Assembly (NCBI RefSeq): GCF_006345805.1
Contig: NW_021829463.1
Location: 1-5,771, forward strand
DNA: 5,771 nt
Reading direction: 5' to 3'
From: Octopus sinensis
Taxonomy: Eukaryota
Shown in pieces: positions 1 to 5,771 of this stretch. Position 1 is the stretch's first letter. Each line of letters opens with the position of its first letter. The notes under the pieces were generated by a model. The model saw only the letters and a program-made list of their open reading frames with translations. It did no database searches and was not told the origin of the DNA. Made by a program: the position numbers and the translations under genes.

Positions 1-110
1 ACAGAAAGTGTGTCAATAGCCAGCTGGAGAAGATGTTCTCCTGGGGCCACAAGCACAGTAACATCCACCCTTAGTGGTTAGCCATATTAGATGGCAAATA
101 TACTTCACAT

Positions 111-207
111 TAATATAAATATATATAATATATTATATATATATATATATATAATATATATATATATATTATGTATATATATATATATATACACATATAT
201 GTATGTA
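111..207. repeat. Imperfect (TA)n microsatellite grading into TATG/TACA
   Basis: Directly visible run of TA dinucleotides with interruptions. Confidence 0.95.
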
Positions 208-279
208 CAAGTGTATGTTATATGCATTACAGAGTTAAAGTAAATACTTCAAGTTTCAGGTGTTGTCTGTGTTAACTAA

Positions 280-361
280 AATTTTGTGGTTTTTCTTAAA
301 CCGTCTTCCGTATAGCATATAATTTTGTGGTTTTTCTTAAACCGTCTTCCGTATAGCATAT
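280..361. repeat. Perfect 2 x 41-bp tandem duplication
   Basis: AATTTTGTGGTTTTTCTTAAACCGTCTTCCGTATAGCATAT at 280-320 and again at 321-361 with no mismatch; the following AA (362-363) matches the unit start. Confidence 0.97.
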
Positions 362-1198
362 AACTCGTCTCCATATAACTGGCTTGTGTATGATATATGC
401 TGCATATAACATATATTCGCTTTATAAATTTAGATTTTAAAAAATATGAAAAAGCAATATGACAGAAACTTTAATTATTAATAAACAAAATAACTAAAAT
501 ATGAAATTGTAATCTAAGTTTAGACGTTTTTTTTTTAATTCATTTCTAATTAAAACACATGAATTCTTCAAAATATACAAGTTTTCTATGTTGTATGTAA
601 CCACTTAAATGTCACTCGTTATCAGCAGAGAGTATTTTTCTCTATAAGTGTAATATTAATTCTATGTACTACACACACTTGAAATATTATCACGACACAA
701 ATATCATCTTCCATCTGTCAATATATTAAATTATTCTTCTACATCGAGTCGCCACCTCCTTATATATTTTAGTTATAAAAATTATGAATACTGTTTGGAA
801 ATTACAGCAGATATTAATCATGTTCTAAGTAGTTTCAGATCTACAAGAGGTCGTGTTCCTGGTCTGCTTTAATACTTGATTGTATTTGTTTCCCTCAATC
901 GTTGATTAAAATCGCTGGACTATATCTCAGTGTAAATACAGGATTGAAGTAGAGCATCCGTTCGAACTGTGGGACCATATAAAACAAATAAAGAACATTT
1001 TAGTGGACCCTACTTAGACCACATGCTTAAGGGTCTCCAATGGTCAACAACTGATCATATGGTGACTCGAGTAGTAAATCTCTGTGATTCATTGACATAG
1101 CACATTAGTAGTAGCATTGCTTACATGGGAAACTGAAAGTGCTCAAAACTAGCAGCTAAATTAATTGTATGTCCAAACTGCAGTCTTTAAATCGGAAT

Positions 1199-1318
1199 GG
1201 CACGTGGCCTAGTGATAAGTGTATGGCACTCACGACCGTTAGATCGTAGGTTTGATTCTCACACCGGAATGTGTTTTGTGTTCTTGTGCAAAACACTGCA
1301 TTTCCCTTTGTTCTAGTA
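1199..1318 (+). mobile_element. tRNA-derived SINE 5' part (Pol III head plus CORE-like domain), 3'-interrupted
   Basis: A-box-like TGGCCTAGTGA (1205-1215) and B-box-like GGTTTGATTCT (1249-1259) at tRNA-like spacing, followed by TTGTGTTCTTGTGCAAAACACT, which resembles the CORE-SINE domain (TGTGTCCTTGGGCAAGxCACTT). Family assignment is from recall. Confidence 0.75.
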
Positions 1319-1617
1319 CTGTGTAGGGACCGGTATGTGAAACAATAGACCTAAATTCTCCTCTGGATGTCGCAGAACGCGACTAAAATGGTGGAGGTAG
1401 GAGTTGCACTCCGACCTCGTAAAACCCTAACCGGCAACAACTACCCACTGAGACCCATAGGTTTAAGGGATATTGCTCAATGGTACAGATGCGTCATCCC
1501 CCAAGCGCAGTAGGGAATCACCAGCAAAATAGTGGATGCTGCGATGCGCGGGTGCTGAGCACGCCCTCAGTCTACTACTACTACTACTTCTACTACTACT
1601 ACTACTACTACTACTAC
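1316..1617 (+). mobile_element. Putative short non-autonomous (bipartite) RTE-type non-LTR retroposon with (CTA)n tail
   Basis: GC/CpG-richer island. The 5' motif GGATGTCGCAGAACGCGACTAA (1365-1386) and a hairpin ending CCTCGTAAAA resemble 5'-UTR motifs I recall from invertebrate RTE-derived elements (GTCGTAAGAGGCGACTAA; CCCCGTAAAA). 1505-1558 reads AQ*GITSKIVDAAMRGC*, loosely like an RTE ORF C-terminus. A stem-loop (1554-1571) directly precedes the trinucleotide tail. No clear TSD. Confidence 0.55.
1572..1616. repeat. (CTA)15 microsatellite with one CTT variant; probable retroposon 3' tail
   Basis: Directly visible. It explains the poly-Leu in ORF 1536..1769. Confidence 0.95.
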
Positions 1618-1630
1618 ACATGAGAGAAAC

Positions 1631-1808
1631 ATTTCTACTATTGGCACAAGGCCTGAAAGACGGAGGTGATATCTCGATTACATCGACTCATGCGCCCAAC
1701 TGGTACTTATGTTACCGTCCCCGAAATGATAGAAGGCAAACTGGACCTCAGTGGCATTTGAACTCCTAACCGTAAGACGGACTAAATAATGCTAAGCATT
1801 TCGTCCGG
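1631..1808 (-). mobile_element. Diverged, 5'-truncated tRNA-derived SINE of the same family as 2118-2894
   Basis: Reverse complement reads CCGGACGAAATGCTTAGC...GTTCAAATGCC...GAGGTCCAGTTTGCCTTCTATCATTTCGGGG...TAAGTACCAGTTG...GTCGATGTAATCGA...CCTTGTGCCAATAGTAGAAAT, colinear with the plus-strand copy from ~2147. B-box at 1753-1763. Confidence 0.9.
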
Positions 1809-1910
1809 TCATTTAAAATAATGCTGTGCAAGATATGCCTGATAGAAAACAATAAACAAAAATTTGATTCTAGTGTTCACGACGATAACTAACCTAGAAC
1901 AAATTAACAG

Positions 1911-1932
1911 CAATAACTACACCAACAACAAC
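1911..1932. repeat. Short degenerate (AAC)n
   Basis: CAATAACTACACCAACAACAAC. Confidence 0.55.
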
Positions 1933-2089
1933 ATTGAGAAGACGTTAGATACACAGAAGGATTCCTTTAAAATCTCGACTTCTTTATTAAAGAAGCATTT
2001 ACAAATTATACAAAACGAAATTTTTGCTAAGCAGCAAAAACGCGCAAGTGGCCCTTGTTAGGGAGTTATTCCGCAGTTGATCACTCGGC

Positions 2090-2104
2090 TAGAAATATCA
2101 ACTA
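2090..2104 (+). repeat. Left target-site duplication of the SINE array
   Basis: TAGAAATATCAACTA, identical to 2895-2909. Confidence 0.85.
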
Positions 2105-2117
2105 GGTATACCAACAA

Positions 2118-2894
2118 GGTGGCGAGCTGGCAGAAACGTTATCACGCCGGGCGAAATGCTTAGCGATATTTCATCTATACGTTCTGCGTTCAAATTCCGC
2201 CGAGGTCGACTTTGCCTTTCATCCTTTCGGGGTCGATTAAAAAAGTACCAGTTAAGCAATGGAGTCGATATAATCAACTTAATCTATTTATCTGTCCTTG
2301 TTTGTCCTCTCTGATTTAGCTCCTTGTGGGTAGTAAAGAAATAGGTATTTCGTCTGCCGCTACGTTCTAAGTTCAAATTCCGCCGAGGTCAACTTTGCCT
2401 TTCATCCTTTCGGGGTCGATTAAATAAGTACCAGTTACGCACTGGGGTCGATATACTAGACTTAATCCGTTTGTCTGTCCTTGTTTGTCCTCTTTGTGTG
2501 TAACCTCTTGTGGGTAATAAACAAATAGGTATTTCCTCTATCTATACGTTCTGAGTTCAAATTGTGCCGAGGTCGACTTTTCCTTTCATCCTTTCGGGGT
2601 CGATGAAATAAGTACCAGTTACGCACTGGGGTCGATATACTAGACTTAATCCGTTTGTCTGTCCTTGTTTGTCCTCTTTGTGTGTAACCCCTTGTGGGTA
2701 ATAAACAAATAGGTATTTCCTGTATCTATACGTTCTGAGTTCAAATTGTGCCGAGGTCGACTTTTCCTTTCATCCTTTCCGGGTCGATTAAATAAGTACC
2801 AGTTAAGGACTAGGGTTGATATAATCAACTTAATCTATTTGTTTGTCCTTGTTTGTCTCCTCTGTGTGCAGCCCCTTGTGGGCAGTTAAGAAAT
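2118..2894 (+). mobile_element. tRNA-derived SINE (Meta-domain-like body): one head plus four tandem body units
   Basis: Head GGTGGCGAGCTGGCAGAAACGTT; B-box GTTCAAATTCC at 2188-2198, recurring at 2371, 2555 and 2739. Units start at ~2165, 2344, 2528 and 2712 (spacing 179, 184, 184). The body GTCGACTTTGCCTTTCATCCTTTCGGGGTCGAT..AAGTACCAG resembles the MetaSINE central domain as recalled. Confidence 0.92.
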
Positions 2895-2909
2895 TAGAAA
2901 TATCAACTA
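2895..2909 (+). repeat. Right target-site duplication of the SINE array
   Basis: TAGAAATATCAACTA immediately after the last unit's AAGAAAT end. Confidence 0.85.
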
Positions 2910-3102
2910 TACGTTTCTGAAAAATATAATTTGCTATCGTAAGAGGAAGGTTTATTGCATGATAATAGCTTACATGCTCTACGTCAGAATGAGGCAACAT
3001 ATAATAATAGACCAAGTTTTGTCATGCCTGCAATTAAAAAAAGACAGGAAGATTGTGGCTAGAACACCTAAAGACTAACGTGAGGAGAATAAAAACAATA
3101 TT

Positions 3103-3174
3103 GACGTCAACGATGGCGACGACTACAACAATGATGACGGCGACGACGACGATTATCATCGCCACCATCACGAC
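3103..3174. repeat. Degenerate trinucleotide low-complexity tract (GAC/GAT/AAC switching to CAT/CAC)
   Basis: GACGACTACAACAATGATGACGGCGACGACGACGATTATCATCGCCACCATCAC shows 3-nt periodicity. Confidence 0.8.
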
Positions 3175-3496
3175 AAATTTTAGTATACTGGGAGTTCATT
3201 AATCATTTCATGAATGTTTCGAACAAACGGATCTACTTCTTCTTATACAAGAATTCCTTCTATTAGAAACATTTTCGAAATCTCAATCTAAGACTTAAAT
3301 TTGATGGATGCATTTTAACGATTATTTGAGCGTTAATTGATTTTATCGTTCTAGGATGGTAGAATGGTAGGTTTGATCTCGACGGGTATGAAGACAAGCG
3401 TATTCATATGAGTGGAGGATGTGGTCTTGGATGTAATCCATTAATGCTGCCCTGGGGTTTAAAAAATAGAAAACAAAAACAAAGAAATATATATAC

Positions 3497-3528
3497 GAGT
3501 GGCTTTGTGGTAAGCAGCTTCTCAACCA
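3497..3528 (+). mobile_element. SINE head fragment (A-box region only)
   Basis: GAGTGGCTTTGTGGTAAGCAGCTTCTCAACCA contains A-box TGGCTTTGTGG and resembles the start of an abundant octopus SINE as recalled (GAGTGGCTGTGTGGTAAGAAGCTTGCTTCCCAACCA). Short match. Confidence 0.55.
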
Positions 3529-4681
3529 GAGCATGCGTAGACGGAGAAATTGAGAGTAGGGGACGGAGAGCTTGGTATCGTTAGGGTGGGAGAAAGGGAA
3601 TTTAAGGTAGAGTGTAAGTCAGTGTGTTTGTTGTGGATGGAGGTAGTGAGAGCGGAGTGGTGTATGCTGACAGAAATGTCGAGAATTCGACGGAAGAGTT
3701 AGAGATTGTGCAGGAGAAATCGAGGGGTGGATGGCAGGATGAGACAAAGGAGAGAAAGGGGTGCAAGAGTTCGTGGGATTGTGAGGTTGGACCGATACAG
3801 TCATCCCTATAACTGCCGTGTAGCTCCGAATTGAGACCACTGCATCGTGAGAATGTTTGTGCGTCAACGTAGCCAACGAACAGGTTCGCATAGTTGGGGC
3901 CCATTCTCGTTCCCATGGCAACTCCCGAGAAATGTTGGTAAAACTCTCCCGCGAACAAGAGCAGTTGAGGGAGTGGACAAGTTCGGCCAGACGAAGAATG
4001 GTGGATGTGTCAGGTTGAGGGTCAGGCTTAAGTTCAAGGAAATGTTTAAGCGTAAGAAGTCCCCCGTTGTGTGGGATTACCGCATACCAACTTTTAATGT
4101 CAAGAGTGAACAGAAGGTGAGAGGGGTCAGGCGAGAAAGAGTTAAAGAAGAGGAAAATATGATAGGCGCCGTTGTTGTGTGAGTGGACGAAAGCCACCTG
4201 TGGGGTAAGGACACAGTCGCGATATTTGGAGATCATTTCCGTGGGCCAGTTGCAAGCGGAGACGATGGGGTTGCCAGGGTTTTGGGGCTTGTGAATTTTG
4301 GGGAAATAAATAGTGGGGGTCCATGAGGTACGGACAAAGAAATTGAAAGTGGTTGGAGTGAGACGAGAGGAGGAAATGTGGTCATAAATAGTGGAGGACG
4401 CATTCTTTTGATAGTTAGGCGTGGGGTTGGCGACAGAGGGCAATAGGAGATTGACTTGAAGTTGATGGAGAGTTTCAGCCCCAGATCACTACAGCTCCAC
4501 CTTTGTTGGCAGACCTGATGACGATATCTTTGCGGCGTCGGAGACATCGAAGGACCGAGAGCTCGGCCTGGGAGATGTTGAAATGTCGGGGACGCTTGCG
4601 AAAGTTAAACCAGTCCACAACACGTTGGTAGATGCTTGCAAATAGATCAACTGCTTGGAACTGCCCAGGAGCTGACGTCCA
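3527..4681 (-). pseudogene. Reverse transcriptase pseudo-ORF of the PLE, multiple frameshifts
   Basis: Homology is split between an unlisted frame 4681-4475 (ends in TGA), ORF 3619..4443 (RT N-half) and ORF 3602..3958 (RT C-half). Frameshifts near 4475, 3958, 3688 and 3600; substitutions in conserved motifs (ADKG to ANKG, YIDD to YRDD). Confidence 0.9.
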
Positions 4682-5130
4682 AGGTCGGTGAAGCTGTCTT
4701 CTTCATTTGATGCAGTAGTAGTGTTTTAGGATAGTGCATGTCGCCTGACGCAACGCACAAAGTCTGAAAACCGTTACTAGATAGGGTGAGGTTGACGAAA
4801 GCTTCAGAGAAGGGGTGATCAGGATGATTACTAACCACAGACTGAAGTGGAGGAGGGGAAGTTAGGTGAGGAGGTATGGTGGAAGTGGTTGGAGGCTGGG
4901 AGGATAGAAATGAGGAAGTGGTATGTGGGAGGGCTGAAGTAATGGAAGAGTGGGAGTAAGGATGAGGAGGAGTGGATCGGGGATGGAGGGAGAAGCGTGG
5001 ATGTAGTTGCATCGGGTGGGACAGGATGAAAAAGTGAGAGAAGTTTATGTTTATGGCAAGTGGTATTTAAATATTCTACTGTCTCTGAATTTAACTTAGA
5101 TTTTATTTGTAAAATCCACTTTGTTTTTAT
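3527..5130 (-). mobile_element. Decayed Penelope-like element (PLE, possibly Neptune-type): N-terminal region, RT and thumb; GIY-YIG absent
   Basis: PLE motifs occur in the correct order across frames: VVSNHPDHPFSE; WTSAPGQFQAVDLF...NISQAELSVLRCLRRRKDIVIRSANKGGAVVIW (4681-4481, like DIVIKPADKGGAVVVW); PKIHK (4302-4288) then PIVS; LFTLDIKSWY; GVAMGTRMGPNYANLF (from 3925); YRDD (3811-3800); HPPLDF; LDISV; SHP...SVPYSQFLRLR (to ~3535). The 5' boundary is approximate. Confidence 0.93.
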
Positions 5131-5170
5131 CTTTACTATCATTAATAACAGTAATAATACTTCGTTGACT

Positions 5171-5219
5171 TATATACATATATATATATATATTTGCTAT
5201 ATATATCTATACTTCTTTG

Positions 5220-5287
<68 letters not shown>
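5171..5287. repeat. Compound microsatellite (TA)n-(TCTA)n-(TA)n
   Basis: (TA)n from 5171, (ATCT)n at 5220-5250, pure (AT)n at 5252-5287. Confidence 0.96.
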
Positions 5288-5291
<4 letters not shown>

Positions 5292-5460
5292 ATTGTGAGT
5301 CTTTGTGCTCCTGTTCGTAATACACTTGACAACTAATGTTTAATTATTTACATTCCCGTAACTTAACTAGCATTCATTTCTCCGTGTGCCCTTCAAAACG
5401 GGGGAGGGTGAGCTCAGCTTTGTCGGAGTCTAGTGAGTGAAAAAAAAAACAGAAGTAAAC
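5288..5460 (+). mobile_element. Degenerate 3' half of a SINE
   Basis: CTTGACAACT...TTTACATTCCCGTAACTTA...CCCTTCAA...AGTCTAGTGAGTGAAA plus an A-rich end follow in order the post-microsatellite half of the octopus SINE as recalled (CTTGACAACC...TTTACGTCCCCGTAACTTAG...CCCTTCAAGG...CAGTCAAATGACTGAAAC). Confidence 0.55.
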
Positions 5461-5771
5461 AGTTAAATATAAAGAATATAATTTCGATTGAAATACAATA
5501 ATGATTTTTTTTATCTACGTACAGCAATATTCTTACAAAAGCTCATTCACGTTTAGCCCATGAATTTTGAGTTTAAAGTAAACGGTTAACAGGATTTTCT
5601 TTCTTTATACCATGAAATATGTCGACAAGGTTCAATTGATTTTTGTATTCTAAAGCACAAGCATAATGTTGAAAGGAATCATTATCATAGCTGTTGCTGC
5701 TAGTATTGCTTTTGTTGTGTTGTGTTTGTGATTGTTTTTTTTTAACAAAAATAATTTTATAATTATTGATA

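Noticed and set aside
1-100. GC-richer stretch with small hairpin GGAGAA-GATG-TTCTCC; possible exon or element end
   Set aside because: Cut by the window edge, short reading frames, no diagnostic motif.
960-1070. Possible decayed DNA-transposon/MITE remnant (recurring GGACC and CATATGG words)
   Set aside because: No terminal inverted repeats or TSD can be defined; resemblance too faint to support.
1199-1270. Functional tRNA gene
   Set aside because: Degenerate boxes and no complete cloverleaf; continues into a CORE-like SINE body.
1320-1620. 7-bp terminal inverted repeat TGTGTAG/CTACACA suggesting a MITE
   Set aside because: Short, partly made of the microsatellite, and no flanking TSD; the retroposon model fits better.
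1536-1769. 77-aa ORF with signal-peptide-like poly-Leu
   Set aside because: The poly-Leu is the (CTA)n microsatellite and the rest is antisense SINE.
2165-2894. CRISPR array or hammerhead-bearing retrozyme
   Set aside because: Units are homologous along their full 184 nt with no unique spacers, there are no cas genes, and I found no CTGANGA...GAAA core on either strand.
1864-3534. Short ORFs 1864..2061, 2646..2828, 2830..3015 and 3343..3534
   Set aside because: 60-65 aa chance ORFs in AT-rich or SINE sequence; no family resemblance.
3624-4182. Plus-strand ORFs 3624..3812 and 3847..4182
   Set aside because: Antisense shadows of the PLE RT with no recognisable motifs.
4515-4553. CTGATGA-stem-GAAG resembling a hammerhead ribozyme core
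   Set aside because: It is the antisense of the conserved PLE coding motif DIVIRSANKG; GAAG instead of GAAA, and no convincing stems I and III.
5060-5320. 86-aa ORF rich in Ile/Tyr
   Set aside because: Translation of (TA)n and (TCTA)n repeats.

Overview
AT-rich, non-coding eukaryotic DNA (intronic or intergenic) with no intact gene. The SINE sequences resemble octopus/cephalopod repeats as I recall them; this is not a database result. Main contents: (1) a decayed, frameshifted Penelope-like retroelement RT fragment on the minus strand (~3527-5130), truncated before its GIY-YIG domain and apparently sitting between two halves of a SINE; (2) a tRNA-derived SINE with one head and four tandem ~184-nt bodies, all enclosed by one perfect 15-bp target-site duplication (2090-2909); (3) an inverted copy of the same SINE family (1631-1808); (4) a tRNA/CORE-like SINE head (1199-1318) joined to a ~300-nt structured element (1316-1617) that looks like a bipartite non-autonomous RTE-type retroposon, with a candidate 5' pseudoknot-plus-hairpin RNA module, a 3' stem-loop and a (CTA)n tail; (5) a perfect 41-bp tandem duplication and several microsatellites. 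The RNA module and the TSD-enclosed SINE multimer are the best candidates for something undescribed.
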